From Camelus dromedarius (lineage: Eukaryota), in contig NC_087437.1 in the NCBI RefSeq assembly GCF_036321535.1, forward strand, positions 118,794,001-118,858,000: a stretch of 64,000 nt of DNA, given 5' to 3'. Position 1 is the stretch's first letter, and every line of letters starts with the position of its first letter. The translations under genes and the position numbers were made by a program. The notes beneath the pieces were generated by a model. It saw only the letters and a list, made by a program, of their open reading frames with translations. It did no database searches and was not told the DNA's origin. Below are positions 12,045 to 23,570 of the stretch, one piece after another.

Positions 12045-14758
12045 CTTGAAATTAGGCAAAATGTACAAATTACACCAAACCCCAGATGAATAAATGAAAG
12101 CACTCGTCACACTGCGTCCCCATGGCTGAGGATGCTGTGAAAGCAGCGGGGACGAGCTATAGGAAGACTCAGAGTGCCCTGAGTCCTTCCTATAATCTGA
12201 GATATTTAAATTCTGAGACAGACTTGTAAGGCACAGAGCAGGCTGTCAGTGCACTGCCTGAGCCAACAGCCCTTTTTTCTCCTTTTCTCATGCTCTCCTT
12301 GCTTCTTCTCAAGGGATCTTCCCCAAAACCTATGAAATTTGGGGTCTATGTTGGTGCCATTGAAAGGTCAAGGCTGCTTAAGAATCCAAGGGAGGGAGCT
12401 ATGCCCTCTGTTCATTGAATTGTGGGAGAAAGGTGATTTTGAAAGGCGATCAGTTTTAAAGAGGACTTACAGAATTTGGCCATCTGGAAAGTTATTCTCC
12501 AGCCCCACGTCCCCGCCCATGCCTTTGGAGAAACCTTGTGCAGCCAGGGCTTCCTGGACTGGAGCTGCGGCCCCATGTGAAAGACAGCAACCTCACCTGA
12601 CCCTACTGTGCCTAGGCAGGTGGCATCACTGGTCCCCAGGCCTCGCCACTCCAGGACCGCGGGATTTTTTCATAAGCATACCCTCTTCCTCTGTTTGTTT
12701 CACAAAATGACATTCCCTGAAAGTCCCATCTTGCGGGTTTCCTCTGCACATCTTAATCGTTTGTACTTGTCTTGGGTCATCTTTGAAAATCCCTTTGGAT
12801 TTCAGGAGCAAGGCAATCTCAGTACTGAAGATCACTTTCCTCCGTATTCATTGCATTTGGCTTCCAGGGGCACTTGTCTAACTGAGCAGAGAGCATTCGC
12901 CAGTTCTGGCCCTGAGACCCTCAGCCCTCTGCCGAAAACTGCTCAGGAAACTCACCCACGCCTGGTGTTTGCAGACAAGGCTGCAGGGAGCTTCCGGGCA
13001 GGCACAGCGCATGGAATCTCTCCTCCCCCACCCCCACCTTCCTCAGGCCTGCACACCCACAGTGGTCGCTGGTGGGGTGGCTGTGCCAGGCTCTTCCTCA
13101 GGCCCAAGTTTGGGGTAGGGATGGGGAGAAGGTGCCCAGGCGCTGTGGGTTCTTTCCGTTCTCGCCCAGGGCAGGTCTGCCCGCTCAGGTTCCCACGGTC
13201 CACGGGGGTGGCTGTCTGGATGGCCCTTCCCCACCTGCAGATTTCACAGAGGGCTAGCTCCCCTGTGGCTCCCACACCCAGAGCCCATCTCTCAGCAGTG
13301 TCTTGGCAAATCCCCGGGAGGGCAGGGAAGGCATCAAAAGGTTTCCCAGGGGGAGCCTAACCTCCTAAGAAAGCTTCCTCTGCCCAGTCCACAGAAGAAG
13401 CAGGGATGGGAGGGAGCAGTCAGTGACCACAGGCCCCGACAAGGACCACCCACCGAGCAAGTCAGAGGAAGTGCCAGACTCAGTGTCTGCAACTCGCTCA
13501 AAATAATTCAGGCTAGTTAATCCGCAGGGCACTTAGCTTTGCTTTTTCTCATGAAGGTTTGCCTTTCAAAAACTCCCTGGCGTGTACATTTTCTGACTGA
13601 AAAGGAGACGCCTTGCTCCTTAGACCCAGCGCTCCCTACCAAACCGCTCCGACCTGAGCTTCAGGCGGTGGGGGAAGGGAAGCTGGGAAGGAATTGCAAG
13701 GCCTGCCTGCAATGGGAAGGGCAGAGTGGGGCAGGGGACTTCCTGGCCAGCAGCTCTGTTGCAAAGCAGAAAGGTGACAAGGACATTTTAGGAGCCTTTT
13801 TAAGCTGGACAGTCAGGGGAGCAGGGGCGTTAGCATCACTTGACCCTACTTCCAACAAAAACTTGCTGTAACATTTGACCAAATAATTTCGAGAATCCCA
13901 CTTGCACAGCTCAGCGGTCACCAGGGCAGGAGGGGCGGGGCAGGCGGGGGGAGGGACGGTGTCGGCAGCACCTGGGTTATCCATCAACCCCCAGGGCTGT
14001 CCTCCCTCCCTCCATCCCGACTACTAAGTGTGCCCGCCCCACGCAGTCTCTCCCCGCGCCACATCTGCGAGGACGGGAGACCCTGGGCATCTCCCCCTCC
14101 CCTGCGTTAAGGGTACTCCGCGCAGGGCCCTTCTGCGCATGCCTCATCTCTCCGCCCGCCCTTCCCGTTCCCAGCGCGGCTCCCGTCCCTAAACCTCCCG
14201 GCGGAGACTCTCAGCTCCAGCCCCCTCGCTTCAGCAGGACTGGTGAAGACCCTGCTCCGTGCGCGTCTAAGGATTCCACGGGCCGAAGATCTGTCTGGGT
14301 TGCACTCGTTAGCAGGAAATGTAAAGCGATACATCCAGCGATGGTCAGCGTTTGGGGTGCGCTTGGAGGTCACGCAGCCCTGGATGTGACACTCTCTCAG
14401 CGCGCTCTCCTTAACCAGCGCGCTCCCTCCGAGACCCCCTCTGCCCGCATCTCCTCCACCTGCCCACCTCCTCCGGCAGAACGCCGCCAGTTTCGGGAGG
14501 GGGGTGCCTTTCGATGTGTCACCCAAGAGCCTGAGCATCCTGTCGGTGGGAAAGTTGAATCAGGAGTGCTCTGAGCCCAGCCAGCACCGCCATTAGTGTT
14601 ATTTCCATTACTATCATCACCATTGCGTCATCATCCCTATTCATCTTGAGCATTTTTACTGTTACACCCCGAGCGTTCATCTCTGCAGCCAGTCCCCCAG
14701 ATGCCCCGAGCCCTCTGACTGGTCAGATGGTGCCCAGAGCAAGAAGCGCGACACTTAC

Positions 14759-14920
14759 CCGTCAGCTCCCAGTGCTGTGACCAGCCCCAGGTGCCGGCTG
14801 CTCCTTACCTTCGAGCAGCTTCAGCACCGCCCCTCGCTCCCCCCTCCCTCAGCCCCCAGCCGCTGAGAAACGAAACTCCTGGGATAGTCCCAGGGCTTCT
14901 GGTCAGAAACGAAACCAAAC
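14759..14920 (-). promoter_or_regulatory. MX1: MX1 promoter and non-coding exon 1 with two ISREs
   Basis: GAAACGAAACT at 14867-14877 and GAAACGAAACC at 14906-14916; GC box; donor GG|gtaagt at 14759/14758; CpG-rich surroundings ~14000-15200. Confidence 0.85.
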
Positions 14921-15639
14921 ACCAGGCTTGCCACTGCCTGGGGCAACGCCAGCACCACTTGCTCCCAGCCGCAGCCCCCTGGAAGCCCTCCAGGTATGCC
15001 CGCCACCACATCCTTGGGAGCTTGCGGGCAGCGCAGATTGTGGGGTTCCAGGCAGACCTACTGCATCAGACACGCAGGCTCAGGACCTCAGCTTTACTCG
15101 GCTCTCCTGACGGCACAAATGCAGAGCCACTGCCCGAACAGCCTCGAGTCAGCCAAAGCCGAGCAGAGCTGTGCGATGCTTTGAACCCAGCAGGTCCCTT
15201 AACCCCTGGTCTTCTGAACACAAACACTGATAACTGGGTGCTTCAAATCCTGCTGTAGTTTCACTGGGAACATCCAGGGATTCTCAAGCATTCTAAGCCC
15301 CACAGCTTCCCCCAAATCTCCCTCCCCAAGCAGAGCCATGTCTTCTTCCTCCTTTCCTGAGTCTCCTCGTCAGATGCAAGCCCTCTCTGAAGCTCAGCTC
15401 AGTGGATCTCCCCAGAATGGAAACGGGGCGGAGGTATGGGCTCAGGTCAAGTAGACCCATGAGTGACCCTCCCGGTGAGGGCTCTGTGGGTGGGGCGACA
15501 CCCCATCTCCTTAGCCCACCGGACAAGCCCAAAACAAGCCTCCTCCCCGCCACCCCAAAGACTCTTGTGATTAGAAAAGGCCTCCCCCACCCCCACAGGA
15601 AGACCCGGAAGCTGCTCAGCTCCTCGGGCTGGGGTCAGG

Positions 15640-16065
15640 CGTCCACTGGGAAAAACACTGCGCAACCTAAAAGTTGGGAGTGATGTTTATTTGGTGGATG
15701 GGTTGAGGGCTTCCCCCAGCACAGCCTCGCAGTCGCTCTGAGGGACACTTCCTAAGGGGTATGGGAGGGGTTAGGATACATGGGGGGTTACAACAAAAAC
15801 CTGATAGGCTGAACCTCAAAAGATTACTGTCACAGAAAACCCAGGCATCTCAAGTTAGTGAATTTCGTGCTTTTCTATATTTGGGAAGATGCAAGAGACG
15901 GGGCTCACTGGAATCATTCCTCTGGGCTGCACCTCAGCTCTCTAGGGCCAGTGTCCTGCTGTTCTCCATCCTGAGTCCCCTCTGGGTGCACAGTCGGAGG
16001 AGGCTGCAGTGGCTGGTGGCTTGATTGCCGCAACATCCTTTGTTTACTTGATATGGCGGGGGCGT
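15640..16065 (-). mobile_element. Probable ERV1-type solo LTR
   Basis: Minus-strand AATAAA near 15687; LTR-like composition; by-eye call. Confidence 0.45.
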
Positions 16066-17427
16066 TCCTCATCCACACAGGGAAAGCTTGGACGGGAACA
16101 AATTCACTACGGCGGCACCAGAACGAAGATGAGGAGCCACCCCAGAGCTGCTCTCTGGCCTGACGTCTGCCCTGCTCTGCAGGGTCCACCGCTGGGGGCT
16201 GGGCCGTCCCACCCAGGGCGCGCTGGCGGGAGGGCACAGGCTTCCGCGGTAACTATCAAGGAACCTTTGCCTGGCTGCTCACCCGTCTGGGCCTCAGATA
16301 CTTTCTGGTCACAAAGAAGAGTGACACCGTTTCTGGGTGGGCTGTGAGCAGGATGTGCTGAAGGAGCAAACCTGCACCGAAAGGCAGGGGAAAGTGGGGA
16401 GAGAGAGGCACTTGGTGGATGAAAGGCTCAGCTCTGAGGGATGATCCTGCACCTTCAAACCGCGGGAGGCTCTCCCTGTGACTCCTGTTTAGGGAGGAAT
16501 TCAGAAAGAGCCACCGGCAAAGGTGAAAACTGCTTGGGGCCAGAGCCAGGGCCAGGGCCAGGGCCAGGACTGGGGACAGCGGGCAAGGTGTCTGGGAGGC
16601 GGATATAAGGAGCCCCTCACTCTCAGGGCTGCAAGTGTCGCCTTACCTTTGGAGCCCCAGCTGATCCCCACCCCTCCCCTTCTCGCCTCCTGGCCTGGGA
16701 TTCTGGGACCTGCTGTTTCTCACAGGCTCCTTATGTGGCGGTTCCCTGAAGATCCCAGGGGCTTGTTTGGGGTACAATTCAACACTAGTACAATAATAGC
16801 TCCTGTGTACTAGGCAATAGTAAGTGTGAGGGGCCAGGCTGAGAGAATGACTCACCTTCACCACCACCCTGTGGAGGGACTCAGGGTAGCACTCCCATTT
16901 CACATAGGAGGAGACTGAGGCCCAGGACCTCTCTTACTGCTGGGCCCCATGTCCAAGAAGGGGGAGAGCGGAGATTGCAGTCTAGGTTTTCTTCCCAGGC
17001 CCGTGCTGTGCAGCGTCCCCTCTCCAGGCCAAAGCCCACAAGGTGAGCCCCTGTTCTCAGGAAGCTCACAGCCCCCACCCGCGTTGCTGACGCTTCTTTC
17101 CCTCCTGTAGAACCCTTGATGCCTCTGTGTTCTACCAAGGAGTTTCAAGCTCTCAGCCCTTGAGAGCTGTGCCCCAGGCCAGCACCCCACTCACCATCCC
17201 TGAGTGCGGCCCAGCTTCCGTCCGCCTGTCTGTCCTTCTCCCTGGGCTCCCAGAGACAGTCTCCTCCCCTGCCAAGTCCCGACTGCATGGTCCGTGTCTC
17301 TGCAGCTGCCCTGGGGAGCTCCTTGCAGGCCTGGCTCAGCTCAGGCAATGATGCTTTGCCTCTCGGATGGATGCTCTGCATCTTGGAGAATGCGGGCACC
17401 ACCGCAGCGGTCTCACAGAGGCCTCGA

Positions 17428-19217
17428 CAAAGGTCTTTTCAAGCTTGTATCCCTCCAGGGCCTGCCACCTACTAGCAGTAGGTGCTGAGAAGTCACAGGC
17501 TGAATGTCATTGGACTGGGCCCAGCCCCTTGCGCCCCCGAGACCCCGCCATGCCTCTGGCCGGTCCTGCTCTCTTACTGTTGTTTCCTCACCGCGCTGAA
17601 ACGTGTCTGGCAAAACCCCGGCATCCACAGGGACACATGTCAGAGGTCAAAGATACTCTCACCGCCCACCCCCTGTCGCCTGTGCAGTCATGGGTGCCCA
17701 GGGCTCTCCAGGCCTCTCTGTTCCTTGTCCAGTCGTCTCATCAGATGCCCGGCCTGGCCTGGCCTTGCCGAGTAGAGGTGAGCTGGTGTTAATGGGAAAC
17801 CAGGCCTGGCAAGCTTCTAGGCATCGCGCTCTACCTACAAACTGGTGCATCTCCTCAGACACCTGTGGGAAGGGAATAGCACCCTGTTTAAATGCTGCAG
17901 GTGCCCCCTGCAGGGCTGGGAGGGGTGAAGGAACTGCTCAGCTTAGGGCACCAGGCCTGCCTGCGCTGGGCCTCACCTCGCTGCTCCCCCATTGCTTGGA
18001 TGTCCACCTCCTCACTACACAAGGTCTCCCTCCAGCTCAGGAGCCCGGTTCCTCCTCCACCTGCGGCGCTGGGCTTCTTCCCAGAAAGCACCCTCACTCA
18101 GTCCTTCTCCAGGCCTAGCGCACTTGCTTTCTGGGAGCCCCATGCCCAGCCCCCCCCCCTTCCCCAGGATCATGGCCTCCTCAAGCTGTCTCTGGCCTTG
18201 TGAAGGTGCAGTGTGTCACCAGGCCGTCAGTGGGCAGGACCAGGTCGTGATGTTGGCTGTTTCACTTGGGGTCTAGCACAGTTCCTGGCACATAACGTTT
18301 CGATCAGTGTTTCTAGAATGAGTGGTGCTTCTGTGATCTCCTGAGAGTTACCCTAAGCCACTGGGTTTCCTGTATTGCCTCCTCCCCTCCTGTCTTCTCT
18401 GATCTCAAGTTTCCCAGTCAGTTCTAGTAAGGTTTCAGTTTCTTTTTCTCTATCAAGAGAAAGGAAACCTAGAGCAACTCAGGAATCAGCGGGGAGGGCG
18501 GAGGGGCGGAGCCCAAAGAAAGAAGGGGCAGGGTGAGGGAGTACAGGGAAAGGGGCGGGGCCAGAAGAAGGGGCGGGGCCGGAGGCAGAACGGGGCGTGG
18601 GGCGGGGCCCGGAGGAGGACAGTGCTGGGAGCAGACGGAGCAGAAGCAGAGGAAGTTGCTGGAGAACCAGGAGGCGACTGGGGGTGAAATCCGGAGGAAG
18701 GGGTGGTACCTAGGGGAGGGTCGGTGTCAGAGGCCCGCCCCTAGCCCAGCACCGTCGCTGCTCAGCCTCCCTGCAGGTGAGCTGTGCTCTCTGACCAGGC
18801 AGCAGCTCTGACATCACGTGGAACCTGGACACAGTCCTTAGGAGCCCGGGATCTTGCAGAGCGGTGTGGCATTCCGTAACCTCCAGGGTAATGCGTCCAG
18901 GCCTGACGCCGCGGGGGCTGAAGAGCAGAGCAGCGCGCCCTGGCCCAGCGCCCTTCTCTCCTGCCTGAAGCCCGTGTCAGCGTCCTGTGTCACTGCCGCG
19001 TTTTGTTTTTTCTTCTGTGCGGGTGGCGTAGACCTGTGCTTCTCAAAGTCTCGTCCCTGGACCAGCAGCACTGGTTTCACCTGGGGCCTTGTTAGGAACG
19101 CAGGGTCTGTCACTGATGGAGCTGAGCTGGTGGCCCTGGGCCCTGAGCCCTGGCTGGTGAAGTACACGTGGCCCAATGCCCAGTCCCTGGGGACGGTCGG
19201 TGGCTTTTCTAAAATCA
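17428..19217 (+). repeat. Inverted segmental duplication, copy A (partner 62207-64000); true left boundary unknown because the partner runs off the window
   Basis: Reverse complement of 62207-64000; matching ORF translations in both copies; differences seen are a 3-nt indel, a 1-nt homopolymer difference and 4 mismatches in the last ~25 nt. Confidence 0.95.
18405..18782 (+). promoter_or_regulatory. ISRE/GC-box promoter-like module with first-exon donor, oriented antisense to MX2
   Basis: AGGTTTCAGTTTCT 18430-18443, GAAAGGAAACCT ~18459-18470, multiple GGGCGG boxes 18490-18610, donor CTGCAG|gtgagc at 18776/18777. Confidence 0.65.
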
Positions 19218-20284
19218 CTTTCCCAGGATAAGGGCCAGCTGCCCCTCTGGCATTTGCCTGGTGATCAGCATTTGGTGAAAGTATACTTTTCAGAGGAGGG
19301 AGGCAGAGCACATGTTACCTGCCTTACCAGGACCTCTCCCAGTGGCTAATGAGAATTAACTGTTCTTTCCACTCATTTTTCAAACTTCTTCAAATTCCTA
19401 CCTAGGGTGTTTCATTCCTCCACTGGCTGCAACTGGGCTCTGTGTCACAGAATAGGAAGTGGACGGACCCCCAACTCAGTAGCTCTGTGTTAAAACTGTC
19501 ATCTCTTGTTTTTGATGAGTCCATGGAATGATCACAAAACGTACTGGGCTAAATTGTCTACCCACATGGTCTCTAATCTTGCAACAATAAATCAGTTCAG
19601 AATGGAGCTCAAAGAGGTCGACTCTTTTGCCCAAAGCACACATCTAGAGAGAAAGGAAAACGGTTCTCTCTGCACTTCCACAAGCTGTCTTGTTCTCTCT
19701 GCTGCATCGCAATGACCTGCCAGCCACTACTCACTGCTCCAAGGAAGTGAACCCTCCCCCAGCTGAGCCTTGAGCCAAGAGGGCAGCTGCTTGGTCCACA
19801 GCTGGACTGCAACTTCAGGACAGACCCTGAGCCAGAGACACCAGACCAGGGCTGGTGTGACTTCCTGATCCAAATAAATAGTGAAACAAGTAATTTTGGG
19901 GGTGAAATTTGTAATGTAACCATAGACAACCATTACACCATGTCATTATGCATGACCAAAGAGGCATTTAGGGCCTCAAGGGGGTAGAAACAAGTTGGGA
20001 ACTCCACATTTGTTCACCCTACCAGTGGATACCTTCTCCAGGATAGTCCTCCCTCTTATCACTGCACCTTTGACTCCCACCCCAAAGGAGCAGGTCCATG
20101 TTGGTGAGGAATCCTAGGGTAGTTTCAACAGGATGTGGGAGGGAAGAGATGGGGGTGGATGGGGAGGGACCAGATTCAAGCAATGCATAGCCCCAGACTG
20201 TGAACAAGACAGATTTCACCTGTAGGAGCAGGTCTGCAATGCTGGCGGGCAGAGGAGGTAGGAAGGCCCCACAGGACAGGGTAA

Positions 20285-21500
20285 GCTGTGCGAGACTTAA
20301 TACGCACACAGACAGTGGTCAGATCACAGACGAAGACGGAGCTCTGACCCGCAGGCTGCAGCAGCCTGCCCAGGAAACCAACCCCTTGTCCCAGTAGCCA
20401 GTCCAGGAAGCCAGCCGGCCTTAGGCAGCCTTGTGAGAAGTCACATTGCTATCTGTCAACAACCCGGGAGGCAGACAAGAAGTCCGGTGACAACGAGCCC
20501 CAAATGACCAGAATTTTGTAGCTGAAACAAGTCTCCTTGGCAGACCCAAAGGAAGTCAGGCACTGGGACGCTGAAGAGGTTTGTGGCAGAGAGTTTATTC
20601 ACGAGGCAGCCAAGCCAGGGGATGGGAGAAGAGGTCTCAGATCCACCTTCCCGGAGGCCAGGGGTGGGGATGTTTATGGGAGAAGCAGGGTGGCCCTAGA
20701 CTTGGTGCAGGGTGACTGGAGGTGGGGAAGTTGAGATAATCAGTGTCTTACACATGTGCATCTGGGTCACATGTCTCTGCAGATTCACCATCCAGATGAT
20801 ACAAGAAAACAGGGCGCACGAAGATGGCCATGTCCCAGGTCCCAGGTGCATCCCTGGGAAGCACCTCATCAGGTGAGGGTCCTTGGCTTCCTGCAGGACA
20901 GAATTCAAGACCAAGCCGTAATGGAGTGAAGGTAGATTTATTCAGAGAGATGCTCACTCCATGGACAGAATGCAAGCCTTCTCTACAGGCAAGAGAAAGA
21001 CCGCGAGGTGAGGGGTTGTTAGTGCTTATTGGCTTCGTGTGCTAACAAGGGGGAGGACTTTTTATTCCAAGGACTTTGAGGAAAGGCTTGGGATTCCCAG
21101 GAGCTAGGCCACTACCCACTTTTGGACTTTTTTTGGTCAGCCTCAGAACTGCTATGGCGCCTTTGGGTGTGTCATTGAGCTACTAAGGGAAACCAGTCAG
21201 CCAATAATGAAGCTCAAGGTCTGCTGGAAGTCAAATCTCCAGACACCCTGTGCCTCAAGTTCTACTGGGAGGTGAATCTTCTGACATCTTGATGCTAATT
21301 GCTCTGTCATTTCTTAATGCTTGTTCCTGCCCCCTTCCCTCCTGTCTCACAGGCGCTGAACATGATGGGAGGGTACCATTTTCCTGCCATCAGATGTCAA
21401 AGGCCCTTCATCAAACACCTGCCCAGGCCCAGTTTTGGGGTCAGTGGTCCCAACCAACTTAGCTGGCTGGCACTGGACCAGGTCTAATTCCAATTTCCTG
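20285..21500. mobile_element. Cluster of nested or adjacent LTR fragments
   Basis: Minus-strand LTR R/U5-like segment (ctctgAATAAAtctacc...gaattctgtcctgc..aagccaaggaccc) at ~20875-20950; other LTR-like pieces flank it. Confidence 0.45.
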
Positions 21501-21919
21501 TAAAACAACTGGGCTACATGAAGCTGGGAATGTATGTGATTAAAGAGAAAAAGAAATAAAGAAAGAAATGTAACTAAAGGGAGCTTAAATGGTGATAGCT
21601 GGTTACAGGCTGAAGGGTTGGAAAGAGCTGCTCCTGAGATGTTGCTCTGCAAGACACACTTAAGAATTTGTTAAACATTAACTCCTTTATCTCCAGGAAG
21701 CGCAGTTCTACTTGGGTGATTACTGACAGAGGCCCTCATTTTTTGTCTCTACTTTAAATTTAGGACCATAAAGAAAAAAATCTTGCCAACCACTCCCACT
21801 CTACAAGGATCAAGCCTTTAAACACTGTAGTCCCCCACCCACAGTGCATCTGGGGGGAATTCAGGATGGAGAAATGTAGGCAGCATTCTGTTCTTGGATA
21901 TACCGGCTGTAAGTAGTAT

Positions 21920-22385
21920 AAACTACTACTACCAAAAACGATCTATGGATTCAGTATAATTTCTATCAAAATCCCAATGACATTTTTTTTGCAGAAGGAA
22001 AAACCCATCCGAAAATTCCTATCGAATTTCAAGGGACAACGAATAGCCAAAACACTCATGAAAGAAAAAAAGAAGAAGAAAAAAGCTGGAGGACCAACAC
22101 TCTCTGATTTCAAAACTTACTACAAATCTACAATTACGAAAACAGTATGGCATAAGATAGTCTTATAGACCAATGGAACAGAGCTGAGACAGCCCAGAAG
22201 CAAATCCTGGCACATATGGTTTAATGATTTTTGACAAGGTGCCAAGATCAATATGGATAAACAGCCTTTTCAACAAAGGGAGCTGGGAAACTGGGCATCC
22301 ACATGCAACAGAGTGACGTTGGACCCTTATCTAACACCACGCACAAAAACAGACTCAAAATCTTATCAAAGACCTAAATGTAGGA
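21920..22385 (+). mobile_element. L1 ORF2 fragment
   Basis: Translation KAGGPTLSDFKTYYKSTITKTVW matches the L1 ORF2 C-terminal region. Confidence 0.8.
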
Positions 22386-23339
22386 ACTGGCTGAAAGAGC
22401 TTTAGAAGTGAGGGCTGCTCTGTGGACAAGGAGGTAAAGAAAAAAAGAAGATGTCTTTGTTGGAGTGAAGAATTACTGGCATTTTTGAACACCTGCTTTG
22501 GGACATGTGGTTTGTAGAAATGGTTTCACATCACCTTCTTACATTCTCGTTTTTAGCATGAGGGCATTGTACCTCAGTGTGAAGAAGAAAATAAACTAGC
22601 CATGACCCTCCAGTCTAGCGATGACCACTGGTAAGAAGCTCTGTGTTCTTAAACAATTATCTCCTTATTAAAATTTTTTAAGAATCAACACAGAAATGGG
22701 AAATCACACACTACAAAATAATACAAATGAAAAAAGGTATCACTGGACCTCTTTTCTCCTGGGGGACAGGGAAACGCCATCACAGCAAATGATGAGAAGC
22801 AGGTGTCATGACCGAATTCATCTGCAAGGGACCAGCTAAGGGACACCATCCCAAACAACCAAAGCCTGGATTTAAGCTGTAGCCTTGGGGAGTCTCCACA
22901 ATTCGCTTATTTGATGAGACAGTTAATAAGGGGCTACTATGTGCTACGTACCACGTGAGAGTCTGGAAATACAAAAGAACAAGAGGCTGACCTTACCCCT
23001 CCTCTGGGGTCACACAGTCGAATGGGGAGGGGTGACAAATTAACAAAGAACGGCAGCGGTGTTTAAGAACGCTGTAACTGGAGGCTACAGGACACAAGGG
23101 CTGCAGAGCTCCCTCTTCATGGAGGATGGGGAGGACCTCCTGGCAGAGGAGACAGCTCTGAGCATGGATGCACTTCAGGTAGAAACTCTGGTGCTGAGAG
23201 AAGGACCGTGAAGATGGACCCAGACAGCAACAGAAAACTCCGACCCCGAAGGAGAAGCCACTTCCCGTGCCGCCTCCCTTCCGTGACACACAGAAGCAAA
23301 ACCCAGAAGTGCTGCCGTTCTTTCGGGAGCCTGTTCCTT

Positions 23340-23570
23340 TCAGAGTGAGAACTGATAGAGGGCTCGCCGAGCCTGATCAAGCCGGTGAATTTTCTCCTTA
23401 AGGACTCTCCTCTTGGCAGAGGTGTCGCTCTGTTCCTGGAGCAGCCAGGAATACTGCTGTTTCTCCTGTAGCGTCTGCAACATGGCTTTCTGCACATGGT
23501 CGCCGTTCTCTTGGAGCATAAAGTACTGAATGATGAGTGGGATCTGGTTGGAAAGACGTTTGCTGGTTTC
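23340..23570 (-). CDS. MX2: MX2 last coding exon ([23 protein letters not shown]...[10 protein letters not shown])
   Basis: Acceptor ttccag|GAA; TGA at 23340-23342; GED sequence. Confidence 0.94.
   Translation of the reverse strand, partial: ETSKRLSNQIPLIIQYFMLQENGDHVQKAMLQTLQEKQQYSWLLQEQSDTSAKRRVLKEKIHRLDQARRALYQFSL

Noticed and set aside
12608..13360. 250-aa ORF antisense in an MX1 intron
   Set aside because: No domain similarity; expected by chance in GC-rich mammalian DNA
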